A stretch of 35,507 nucleotides of DNA from Fibrobacterales bacterium (lineage in GTDB: Bacteria; Fibrobacterota; Fibrobacteria; Fibrobacterales; JAOPTW01), in assembly GCA_051532035.1 (NCBI GenBank), contig JAOPTW010000078.1:1-35507 (forward strand), given 5' to 3'. Below the pieces are notes generated by a model. The model ran no database searches, was not told the DNA's origin, and was given only the letters and a program-made list of their open reading frames with translations. Positions within the stretch are counted from its first letter, which is position 1. Every line of letters starts with the position of its first letter. Shown piece after piece: positions 19,856-29,031 of the stretch. The position numbers were made by a program, and so were the translations under genes.

Positions 19856-20137
19856 TTACTGCTGTTCTCTCACAGTATGGCACAGATCCATAACTGCACT
19901 TTTAAGCTCAAACAAAAGCTCGCTATAAGCCTTATAATGAGTATTGTATTCTACTTCACTGATGGAGGCGATATTAATATCTTGAATGAGGGTATAGCAA
20001 AGAAGTCGTTCCTGATTACATCCATTACATTCTTTCGTATCGGTACACATCTTTTGAAGCGTATAGAATACCTCTATAAAGTCCTCGTAGTGAAGCTGTA
20101 TCTCGTTACTCATATCTTTGACAGGTACGTTCGCCAC
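19856..20137 (-). CDS. Small hypothetical protein (93 aa, Cys-containing)
   Basis: ORF fills the gap between GH16 and the kinase. Helical acidic sequence with C-x4-C-x2-C. No recognisable family. Confidence 0.45.
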   Translation of the reverse strand: MANVPVKDMSNEIQLHYEDFIEVFYTLQKMCTDTKECNGCNQERLLCYTLIQDINIASISEVEYNTHYKAYSELLFELKSAVMDLCHTVREQQ

Positions 20138-20256
20138 TCATTAATATAATAAGAAATGAATAGTCAATACTTTATAAAGATCGAGTCATCAATTAATAGT
20201 GGAAATTTCCCCTGAAATTTGAGACACTATACTAAAAGAACATAATTAGTGAGCTC

Positions 20257-22095
20257 ATGAAAAACCAACAACACCCCTCTTTTATATGGTTAATGGTAGC
20301 GGGCCTTATAGGAAATATCTTTCTCATTATTGGACTTACCTATCTAGTGAGCATTAAATATTTTTCTCCCTACCACACAGTGATAATAACGGCTTCCATA
20401 ATGATTGGTTTAGGGATCATGGGTTCAGTTCTCTATTACATATATCAACTGCTCCATAAGACAGGCAACACTCAACAGCAGTTAGAAGATCAGGTTGAAC
20501 TCGCACAACAGCTTTATAACAAACTCGAAAATTCAAATGCTATTAAATCAGAAGTCATTTCAAATATAAGTCATGAACTCCGCACTCCATTAAATGGTAT
20601 TCTCGGAATGAATGAGATTCTCTTATCCCATAATATCAGTGATGAGCAATCTGAAATAGTAACCACTGTTCAAAATTGCGGTAAAGCTCTTCTGCATCTT
20701 ATCGATGATCTCCTCGACCTCTCTTCTTTACAACAAGGGGCAATGGTAACTCAAAAAATACCTTTTGACCTTCAATCCCTTATTTCTGAAACAATAGAGG
20801 CCCACAGCCACCCTGCCCTAGAAAAAAAGCTAGCACTCACCTACACTATTGATAAAGCAGTTCCTATCTACCTTAAGGGTGACCCAGCTCGTATACGTCA
20901 GGTTTTTGGATACCTAATTAGCAATGCAATCAAATTTACACCCAGTGGCTCCATCACCATTGAAGTTTCACTTCAAGCTCATCAACAAAATGACGTTCTA
21001 CTTCGTTTGGCTGTGAGAGATACCGGAATCGGCATACTTAAATCTCAACTTGGAAAGCTTTTCGAACCTTTTACTCAAGGTGATGGTTCTCATGTACGAA
21101 AATATGGCGGCACAGGAATTGGATTAACACTAGCGAAACAAATTATCGATATATTCGATGGTGAAATTGGTTGTGAATCAACTATTGAAAAGGGATCTTA
21201 CTTCTGGTTTGACATTCTATTCAAACGACAAAAAGAGAAACCAGTCCAGCAACTTACTGAAGGTTCACTTAAAGGAGTTTCAATACTCATTGTTGATGAT
21301 AGTGAACTCAACATAATAATACTTAGGAAACAGCTTGAGCCTCACGACATGGTCCTCAGTGAAGCAAGTGATGGAGCTGAAGCGCTCCATTTGATTTACT
21401 CAAACTATGAAGCTGGCACCCCATTTAAATTGATAATCTCTGATATGATCATGCCGGGGATGGGGGGAATGGAACTGGGTCACGTCATTCGCACGAAACC
21501 CCAATTTGACAACGTACAGCTCTTACTCCTTACCTCTCATGCACTCAAAGGTGATGCTCAAATTGCAGAAGACAATGGATTCAATGCCTATTTAACCAAA
21601 CCAGCCAAAGAATCTATCCTTATTGATGTACTCACTCGTATGATGTCGAGCACCCCAAGTACTCATCTCATCACACAACACAGCATCCGAGAAGAGAAAC
21701 ATATTTTTCACGACTGCAGCGCAAAAATACTTATAGTAGAAGATGTCATTTCCAATCAAATTATAACCCAATCAATTCTCAACACAATGGGAATAGTCAA
21801 CGTCATAATTGCAGAAAATGGAAAAGTGGCGCTTGATATTTTACAGCGAGAGCAGATAGACTTTGTCTTTATGGATATTCAGATGCCTGTGATGGATGGA
21901 GTAACGGCAACTAAAATAATTAGATCTGCTAAATCAGACGTTCTTAACTCAAAGGTACCCATCTTTGCACTGACTACTCATAGTGAAGAGAGTGCTGTAA
22001 AAGAGTACCTCGACGCAGGGATGAATGGCCACCTTGTGAAGCCTATTAACCTTCACAAGTTTAGTGAGGTTTTGATTGAGTGGCTTCCTCAATAA
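20257..22095 (+). CDS. Hybrid sensor histidine kinase (2 TM, HisKA, HATPase, two receiver domains)
   Basis: SHELRTPLNG, N box SNAIKFT, DTGIGI, GGTGIGL, receivers ISDMIMP and FMDIQMPVMDG...KP. Confidence 0.95.
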   Translation: MKNQQHPSFIWLMVAGLIGNIFLIIGLTYLVSIKYFSPYHTVIITASIMIGLGIMGSVLYYIYQLLHKTGNTQQQLEDQVELAQQLYNKLENSNAIKSEVISNISHELRTPLNGILGMNEILLSHNISDEQSEIVTTVQNCGKALLHLIDDLLDLSSLQQGAMVTQKIPFDLQSLISETIEAHSHPALEKKLALTYTIDKAVPIYLKGDPARIRQVFGYLISNAIKFTPSGSITIEVSLQAHQQNDVLLRLAVRDTGIGILKSQLGKLFEPFTQGDGSHVRKYGGTGIGLTLAKQIIDIFDGEIGCESTIEKGSYFWFDILFKRQKEKPVQQLTEGSLKGVSILIVDDSELNIIILRKQLEPHDMVLSEASDGAEALHLIYSNYEAGTPFKLIISDMIMPGMGGMELGHVIRTKPQFDNVQLLLLTSHALKGDAQIAEDNGFNAYLTKPAKESILIDVLTRMMSSTPSTHLITQHSIREEKHIFHDCSAKILIVEDVISNQIITQSILNTMGIVNVIIAENGKVALDILQREQIDFVFMDIQMPVMDGVTATKIIRSAKSDVLNSKVPIFALTTHSEESAVKEYLDAGMNGHLVKPINLHKFSEVLIEWLPQ

Positions 22096-22140
22096 CCCTC
22101 ATCGCAATGACACAGCATTAACGACAGTAGCGTATACCAA

Positions 22141-22167
22141 AAAAGCTGATACCTTGTACCAGCTTTT
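22141..22167. terminator. Bidirectional terminator between convergent genes
   Basis: AAAAGCTG-ATACCTTGTAC-CAGCTTTT. Confidence 0.65.
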
Positions 22168-22226
22168 AACATTTTACTCACTTGCAATGTCTTCCTATTT
22201 AAAATACAGGACACGAATCTCTACTA

Positions 22227-23834
22227 CTAAAAATAAATAAGAGGGTAAGACCAATGAGGAGCAGACACCCGTGCTTGCTGAATACACCCATTATTTTTCA
22301 AATCCTCAGACAAATTAATTCTAATATCGAGTTCAACATTACAAATATTTCGTTCATCACCCCAGGTACACTTATTACTGAGATAAATATATTCACTTTC
22401 ATACATTGCTGTATAATTACTTTGGCACTCATTATCAAATACAGGCATAGTATACTTCAATTCATCCATTAGGCATTTTTCGTTATACTCCCAGATGCTA
22501 CTGGTCATATCAGTCGCATTTGTAGAAGAACCCAACTGAACATTTAAAAGCGTATTACACTCTGCTGAAAGTGAATCACGAAGCTTTGTAACCTCGGGCC
22601 GAGTATCATATACACAAGCTGCATAATTCTCATTAAAATAGTACATTAACTCACAACCCGTTGTTGAGTCAATTACGTCACACCTTTGCTTCTCTAACAA
22701 ATCAAGCTCTCCATCCCCTGATGTGTCACAAGAACCAAACTGTCCAAGCAGTACACAAGATTTTCGTTCACTAGGAGTAAGGAGGTCATCCAAATTATAA
22801 TCACACTCATGAAAATAATTTTTATCATATTGACAAGTATACTTCTCCTCTAATGTTGTCACACCATCACCATCAGCATCACAATATTCTGGATATAGAC
22901 CATCTTCACTTTCTAAATAAATAATCGTCGAATCATTTGAAGTAAACCGTTTGAATGACGGTGACCGTGAAGGACAGGCTTGCTTTATCTCATTTTCATA
23001 TTGAGTGAGTGGAGCCATATAGATAGAACATTGAGGGGTGACATATAAACACTCGTCATCATAATCCTGAAACATTTTTTCTAAATAAAATTCAGCATCA
23101 CTCGCAATAGAATCACAAATACTTTCAGCATCAATTTCTACCACTTCTTTATATATTGGCAAAACACTATCTATAGAATCGAGCTGTGTTTGCACGACCG
23201 GACACTCTCTCTTTAGGTATGCAACATCATCAAGTATCAGTCTTTTTCGAGCTACACATTCAGCACTCTCGTTATTATAACATTTATCACTCATATATAT
23301 TTTCTCGAATGATATTCCTGTAATAATTGCATTAAACATCTCATCGCAGTAGAAAAGCACGAGCGTATCAGCCATTGACTGAGAAACCGTATCAGGCTTA
23401 CACATTTTCACATAATCTATTGCAGGCCTAATCACATTCTCAGCTTCTATCGCCATACTATCACAAAAAGAGCCGTGACCAATAGTATCAATAGTTGTTT
23501 TTACTACTGTTGAATCGATCGTTTCAGTTGTACTTTCAACAGGTACACTTGTAGAATCAACAACGGTCACCGCCGCATCATTACTTATAACTGAACTATC
23601 TTGTGGAAGCCCAAGCGCATCCTTCACCACTAACGTATCGTTTGGTAAAGAACCCGCTGTATCACGAGTAAGAGTATCCTGTAAACCGAGACTATCATTA
23701 ACACCAAGAGAATCAACAGTATCAACTGGTGGTATACTATCGTCCGTACCAGATGCCGCGTTATTTTCTGAGTCAAACAGATCACATCCAGCAAAAATAA
23801 GAGTGAGTAGTATAATGGAGCTAAGAATTTTCAT
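22227..23834 (-). CDS. Cys-rich lipoprotein with D(S/T)-rich stalk and three EF-hand-like loops
   Basis: Lipobox FAGC, low-complexity D/S/T/V N-terminal region, many Cys, three C-x15-C units containing DxDxDG-type loops. Confidence 0.8.
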   Translation of the reverse strand: MKILSSIILLTLIFAGCDLFDSENNAASGTDDSIPPVDTVDSLGVNDSLGLQDTLTRDTAGSLPNDTLVVKDALGLPQDSSVISNDAAVTVVDSTSVPVESTTETIDSTVVKTTIDTIGHGSFCDSMAIEAENVIRPAIDYVKMCKPDTVSQSMADTLVLFYCDEMFNAIITGISFEKIYMSDKCYNNESAECVARKRLILDDVAYLKRECPVVQTQLDSIDSVLPIYKEVVEIDAESICDSIASDAEFYLEKMFQDYDDECLYVTPQCSIYMAPLTQYENEIKQACPSRSPSFKRFTSNDSTIIYLESEDGLYPEYCDADGDGVTTLEEKYTCQYDKNYFHECDYNLDDLLTPSERKSCVLLGQFGSCDTSGDGELDLLEKQRCDVIDSTTGCELMYYFNENYAACVYDTRPEVTKLRDSLSAECNTLLNVQLGSSTNATDMTSSIWEYNEKCLMDELKYTMPVFDNECQSNYTAMYESEYIYLSNKCTWGDERNICNVELDIRINLSEDLKNNGCIQQARVSAPHWSYPLIYF

Positions 23835-23929
23835 GGTCTACCTTGTGTATATAGGGGATACAAAAGGTACTTTATTTAACAGCATTTCACATGGTTACTC
23901 TAGGTAAGCATGCCTTAAAAAGTACCGGG

Positions 23930-26122
23930 TTAACTTTTCGTATAGAGATATTTTTCAAGAACAACCATCAACTCATCAAAGTCAATGGGTTTAGAAATGT
24001 AGTCATTTACTCCCATCTCTTCTGCTTGTTGTTTGTGTTCTGAAGGCCCCTGTGCAGACATAGCAATAACAGGAAGACGTTTAAGATTAGGATCTTCGCG
24101 CAATTCTGCAATCATCTGTAAACCACTCATAAACGGAAGTTGGATATCGATGAGGGCGACATTGGGGTGAAACTCATGAATTTTATGTACTGCATCAGTA
24201 GCAGTTTGGGCAACCACAATTTTATAGTTATAATCTTCAAAATAGTTTTTAAGCATGGAGAGGTTCATCTCGTTTTCATCAACAATAAGTATCGTTGCAT
24301 CAACAGAGAATACCTTTTCAACTTCGGCAAAAGGAAAACCCGGCTCAAAGACCACTGTATCTTTGTATGGAATAATTACGGTGAATTCTGTGCGCTGATC
24401 TTTCGAAGTAAGAAAAATATTACCACCAAGGAGCTCAACGAGGTTTTTAGTAATAGCAAGACCAAGTCCTGTCCCTTTTACCGTATTCCCCCTGCCTCTA
24501 TTTACTCTCTCAAAAGGATTAAAGATAATCTTTCGTTTCTCTTCTGGTATTTCTACACCGTGATTAACAATTTTAATACCCAAAGTACTATCGCTCTCTT
24601 GCATAACACTAAAATCAATTTTGCTCCCTTCAGGAGTGTACTTAATAGCGTTACTAATAAGATTAATAAGAATCTGATTAATCTTGCCCTTGTCAGATTT
24701 GATACTTACCGGGAGGTCAGGGTCGATGTGTGCTTCAAATTCTATTCTATTCTTAAGAGCTTGAGGTCTATAGATTGTCACTAAATTAGAGAAGAACTCT
24801 TTTATGACAAAATCTCTCTCAATCACCATCGCTCTTCCACTCTCTATTTTCGAAAGATCAAGAACATCATTTATCAACAGATTCAGGTTTTTCCCGTTCG
24901 CATTAATATTCTCTATAAACTTAAACTCTTCATCGCCCAATACCATTCCTCGCCCTCTCTTAATTAAGATCTGACTAAAGCCGATAATTGAATTGAGGGG
25001 CGTGCGAATCTCTTGACTCATATTTGAAAGAAAACTTGTCTGTGCGCGTTCCGCAACATCTGTATCATCCTGTGCCTTCTTCAACTTATCTGAGTGATCA
25101 TCAAACTTATCTTCAATTGACTTCATATAGTAGTAGAAGATGATAAAAACAATAGTACAGATGATAACCGCCAAAACTGTAAGAAGGTCTTGGTAGATGC
25201 TCCCTTGGGAAATCGCCTCTGAAAGGGGTACTCTATAGCTTATGGTGATAGGCTCAGGAAGATGGGTATACAATGTCACCATACCAATAGAACGACTCAG
25301 TCCCGAATGTTTCGTATCAACGACAATTGGATTTTCTGAAGGGGCATATGGGTTGTTCAAAAGGAGAATATACTCTGTTTTGCTGAGGTGCGGCAGTCCA
25401 TTTACCTCATTTAACGACACATACTGTTCCCATAAATTGTTAAAGTGATCACTCTCTAAGGAGGCAACAACAGGAAGACTATCCCCTGCTGAAACGATAT
25501 GCACTTGAGAGATTGAGAGATTGAGAGATTGGGTTAATCCTACCACGACATCGCTTAACGCGCGCCCCATTTCAACATACCCAATACAGGCCCCTTGGTA
25601 ATACCAGGGAACAACAACGCGTAATGAAAGGCCACCCTTATCTGTATACACAACCCCTTCAGACAATCCATTCGTCTGTTGTGCTTTTGCAAGGACGGTA
25701 GTGTTAATTCCATGATAAAATACCGTTGTATCTTCAATTCCTGCTATAAGGTTGTCTGTACGATAGAGTGCTAAATAGTTTAATGACCGTTCAACAAAAA
25801 GATTACGATACCCCTCTTGAAGTACTTTCTCGAGTTTTAAACGAAGCCGTGAGTCATTCTCATTGTTCTCGGATATCAATCGGGCAATATTTTTGAGTTG
25901 TTCTGTTTTGGGGAGTAAATACCCTAAATTTGAAAGTTGTTCCACAGACCCCTCAATACTTTTTTGAGTAAGAGCATGCGCACGTTCAACCGCTGTAACT
26001 GATTGTTCTTCAAAAAGAGCATGTGTTAAGAAGCCAAAGGTAAAGAGAATCACCAAAACAAGGCCCAAAACTGTTGAAACTACAGGAATGAATACAGATT
26101 TTAAGAGTCTTCGGTTTGGCAT
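23930..26122 (-). CDS. Membrane hybrid histidine kinase-like protein with receiver domain; phospho-acceptor His replaced
   Basis: Two TM helices flanking a Cache-like periplasmic region, H box NMSQEIRTPLN, N box SNAIKY, G2 GTGLGL, receiver LIDIQLP...KP. Confidence 0.9.
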   Translation of the reverse strand: MPNRRLLKSVFIPVVSTVLGLVLVILFTFGFLTHALFEEQSVTAVERAHALTQKSIEGSVEQLSNLGYLLPKTEQLKNIARLISENNENDSRLRLKLEKVLQEGYRNLFVERSLNYLALYRTDNLIAGIEDTTVFYHGINTTVLAKAQQTNGLSEGVVYTDKGGLSLRVVVPWYYQGACIGYVEMGRALSDVVVGLTQSLNLSISQVHIVSAGDSLPVVASLESDHFNNLWEQYVSLNEVNGLPHLSKTEYILLLNNPYAPSENPIVVDTKHSGLSRSIGMVTLYTHLPEPITISYRVPLSEAISQGSIYQDLLTVLAVIICTIVFIIFYYYMKSIEDKFDDHSDKLKKAQDDTDVAERAQTSFLSNMSQEIRTPLNSIIGFSQILIKRGRGMVLGDEEFKFIENINANGKNLNLLINDVLDLSKIESGRAMVIERDFVIKEFFSNLVTIYRPQALKNRIEFEAHIDPDLPVSIKSDKGKINQILINLISNAIKYTPEGSKIDFSVMQESDSTLGIKIVNHGVEIPEEKRKIIFNPFERVNRGRGNTVKGTGLGLAITKNLVELLGGNIFLTSKDQRTEFTVIIPYKDTVVFEPGFPFAEVEKVFSVDATILIVDENEMNLSMLKNYFEDYNYKIVVAQTATDAVHKIHEFHPNVALIDIQLPFMSGLQMIAELREDPNLKRLPVIAMSAQGPSEHKQQAEEMGVNDYISKPIDFDELMVVLEKYLYTKS

Positions 26123-26166
26123 AGAAATAGGAAAGAGAGGAAGGGTACTAAGTAAAAATTAGCAAT

Positions 26167-26193
26167 AAAAAAGGGAAGCTCAACGGCTCCCCT
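26167..26193 (-). terminator. Rho-independent terminator
   Basis: Minus strand GGGGAGC-CGTTGA-GCTTCCC-TTTTTT. Confidence 0.8.
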
Positions 26194-26228
26194 CAATTTT
26201 TAGATATTAATCACAGATCACTATGCTG

Positions 26229-27656
26229 TTATTTTTTAACCAATTTGCCCAATGTTACTTTCACAACATCATTTTCACGATTCTGATCTACATCAGGACC
26301 ATTTTCAATGGTTATTACAGTGTCGGTAAGCTTGAGCCCTAGTTCAGGAAAGTCGTTAAGGAGCTTTCTCAGCTTCTCAATAGCAACAGGTCCAGCAGCC
26401 CACACCCATTTCGCTGTTTCATCACCATAGATCATAGTTCCAGGGAACAGGCTAATCAGGGTATAGAGCGCTTTAACAGCATGTTTAGCTGTTGCAACAT
26501 TCTTAGTTCTCTGAGCGTCTTTCATCAATGCTTCACCGATAAAATAGAGTTTATTACCCGACTCTTCACCTTCAGAAGCAAAACCGTAGTAATCGAGTGT
26601 TGAAGAGCCATAGTACATACCTTTCCAATGACCAATAAGCCATCCCGCAGCATTAAGCTCGTTATATTGTGGACTCTTTTTCACATCGGTTTCATTTGGA
26701 TAGATACCTTCACCCTGAGCTTTTGCAAGACCCTTAGCGTTTTTGAGTGTAAAGCTAAATGCACCTTTACCTTTACTATTTTTGAATGTTCCATATTTTG
26801 CAAAATCAACGACAAACTTCGACCCTGGTTTTGCAATAGTAATTGGATTATTAATTAACGCTATGTTACGAGAATGCTTATCACGCTCATCAACAAAAAC
26901 ACCATTCACAATTGGCTTACCAACGAGATCACCCAATAGTTCACCGGGGTCACACGTTACTTCATCGTTACTTGGATCACTATCTTGAGTATACAGCATC
27001 TGAATATTTGCTCCGGTATATTCGAGACCAAGCTCAGGATATTTCGCTATAAGCTCTTCAAGTGCGCCTGCAGAAACTTTCGCTGGTGACCACCACCACC
27101 CTTTAGGGTCCCACTCCATATCAGTATAGTGAAATACTACATGAGCGTAATAGGTTTTAATTGCATGAATAATATGGCCTGCATCACGAAGAGCATTACC
27201 CATATTCATCATACGGGTACCCATACTATATGAATTTTTTTGCCACTGAAAATAAGGCACTGCTTTATTTGAGTTTGAGTTTGAAGACCAAGGCACTTCA
27301 TTAGTACCGGTCCCAAGAATAATCTTACCCTCTTTAAGGAGTTTTTGATATACTGGTTCCTGATCAACAGCCGACATATTTGGCCAAATCCCCGTACCCG
27401 ATGCAGCCATAAGGCCTTTTTTATCGGTGATTTCAAAATAGTAGTCTTTTGTTCCTGCATTCTTAAAGGTACCGTACTTTGAATAATCAATCAGTACTTC
27501 TGACCCTGGATATTTAATTGTAAATTGTGGAGCTGAAAGACCGTAATCGCCATTACTAAAGCTCGATCCACCTTTTGCTGCACTACCACCACATCCTGTC
27601 ATTGACAGAATCGTTGCTGTCCCCGCCACTGCGAGTGCAATAATCATCTTTTTCAT
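26229..27656 (-). CDS. Lipoprotein with an internally duplicated uncharacterised domain
   Basis: ATG at 27656 (GGAGA RBS), MKKMII...MTGC lipobox, two homologous halves (PGS...DxxKYGTFKN...KGL...GxGIxPN). Confidence 0.8.
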   Translation of the reverse strand: MKKMIIALAVAGTATILSMTGCGGSAAKGGSSFSNGDYGLSAPQFTIKYPGSEVLIDYSKYGTFKNAGTKDYYFEITDKKGLMAASGTGIWPNMSAVDQEPVYQKLLKEGKIILGTGTNEVPWSSNSNSNKAVPYFQWQKNSYSMGTRMMNMGNALRDAGHIIHAIKTYYAHVVFHYTDMEWDPKGWWWSPAKVSAGALEELIAKYPELGLEYTGANIQMLYTQDSDPSNDEVTCDPGELLGDLVGKPIVNGVFVDERDKHSRNIALINNPITIAKPGSKFVVDFAKYGTFKNSKGKGAFSFTLKNAKGLAKAQGEGIYPNETDVKKSPQYNELNAAGWLIGHWKGMYYGSSTLDYYGFASEGEESGNKLYFIGEALMKDAQRTKNVATAKHAVKALYTLISLFPGTMIYGDETAKWVWAAGPVAIEKLRKLLNDFPELGLKLTDTVITIENGPDVDQNRENDVVKVTLGKLVKK

Positions 27657-28090
27657 TATATCTCCACTGTTATCATGTATCAATTGTTCAGAGAAACATT
27701 GTGCAGGAATTGACCAGCAGGATACCCCCATATACTACCGATCAAAACCGCGCAAAATCTCTGTGTCCTAGAAATATGCATTTTTCAACCATGCCTGTGT
27801 TGAAAACTACACAAAATCACCCCCTCAAATTTCTCGATAGTGTTCATAACTGTTCATAAAAAATGTCGTAATACGCTTTTTTATGCATTAAACAGCAATG
27901 AGTTCATTAATAATCTCACCTATTTCGTGAACACCTCAAAATAGCACATTCTATAAAAGTTAACATTCTACACTTTTCCCTATACATTTAAACAACCTTA
28001 TAGCTTTAACACACTCCTACAAATAACCTCCGCACTTCCTTTGCCATTTATTACTTTACTACACCATTCAAGTAAGTATCAAAAGGCACC

Positions 28091-28966
28091 ATGAAACAGT
28101 CTATCGAATTCTACTCTGACTCACTCCTTCTTAAGGGCACTCTCTACACCCCTGATGAAGTAAATCCAGAAAGCCCACTCCCTCTCATCCTTCTCTGCCA
28201 TGGATTTGCAGGAGTCAAAGAATTACTTCTTCCCAATTTTGCTGAACGATTTGCAGAGAATGGATTTGCTGCAGTAACTTTTGACTACCGTGGCTTTGGT
28301 GAAAGTGAAGGAATCCGGAGTAAAATCATTCCTCAAGAACAGATTTCAGATATTAGAAACGCCCTCACCTATCTCGAAACGAGACCCGAAATTAATGGCG
28401 AGCGAATGGGAGTATGGGGAACATCTCTGGGTGGCGCTCACTCGCTTGTTGCAGCTGCAACAGATAGCCGTATAAAAAGCGTGGCAGTTCAAATCACCTT
28501 TGGTGATGGTATGCGCAACAACACCGGACACATGGACGCAACAGCAATTGCTAAATTAAACGCATCACTCAATAAAGCTTGGAATGCTGAAGTCACCAAA
28601 AACAAAGTAATGGGACTCCCTTTAAAACGAGTATTAAGTGATGAGCAATCGAAACAGTTCTATGTCGAATATGCAGAGTCGTTTCCCGATGCACTGGGCG
28701 TCAAAGTTCCTTTTACAACAACTCGGTATATTAACGAGTACTCTCCTGAATCATACTTCTCGACCCTCACTGTTCCAACACTTGTTATTGGTGCCACCAA
28801 TGACATCGTCAACAAGCCATCTGAATCAGAAGCGATATTCAATAAGCTACAGGTACATGAAAAAAAGCTCATCATGCAAGATGCAACACACTACGACATC
28901 TATGTCGGTGAAAATTTTGAATCGGTATCAGCCGCTCAATTGGATTGGTTTCAGAAGTATCTATAA
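28091..28966 (+). CDS. Alpha/beta hydrolase, resembling UilS-type AHL-lactonase family proteins
   Basis: LCHGF oxyanion motif, FDYRGFGES, nucleophile elbow GTSLGG, Asp in NDIVN, His in HYDIY. Confidence 0.88.
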   Translation: MKQSIEFYSDSLLLKGTLYTPDEVNPESPLPLILLCHGFAGVKELLLPNFAERFAENGFAAVTFDYRGFGESEGIRSKIIPQEQISDIRNALTYLETRPEINGERMGVWGTSLGGAHSLVAAATDSRIKSVAVQITFGDGMRNNTGHMDATAIAKLNASLNKAWNAEVTKNKVMGLPLKRVLSDEQSKQFYVEYAESFPDALGVKVPFTTTRYINEYSPESYFSTLTVPTLVIGATNDIVNKPSESEAIFNKLQVHEKKLIMQDATHYDIYVGENFESVSAAQLDWFQKYL

Positions 28967-28976
28967 AATTCCATAA

Positions 28977-29013
28977 AAAAGGACTCATCATGAGTACCAC
29001 GATGAGTCCTTTT
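28977..29013. terminator. Bidirectional terminator between convergent hydrolase and GH9 genes
   Basis: AAAAGGACTCATC-N11-GATGAGTCCTTTT. Confidence 0.85.
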
Positions 29014-29031
29014 GTATTTTTCGGATACCCT

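Noticed and set aside
22132..22139. Additional GTATACCA copy (also TGGTATAC at 4201 and 23730)
   Set aside because: These lie between convergent genes or inside coding regions, and their number is close to chance expectation. Not counted as operators.
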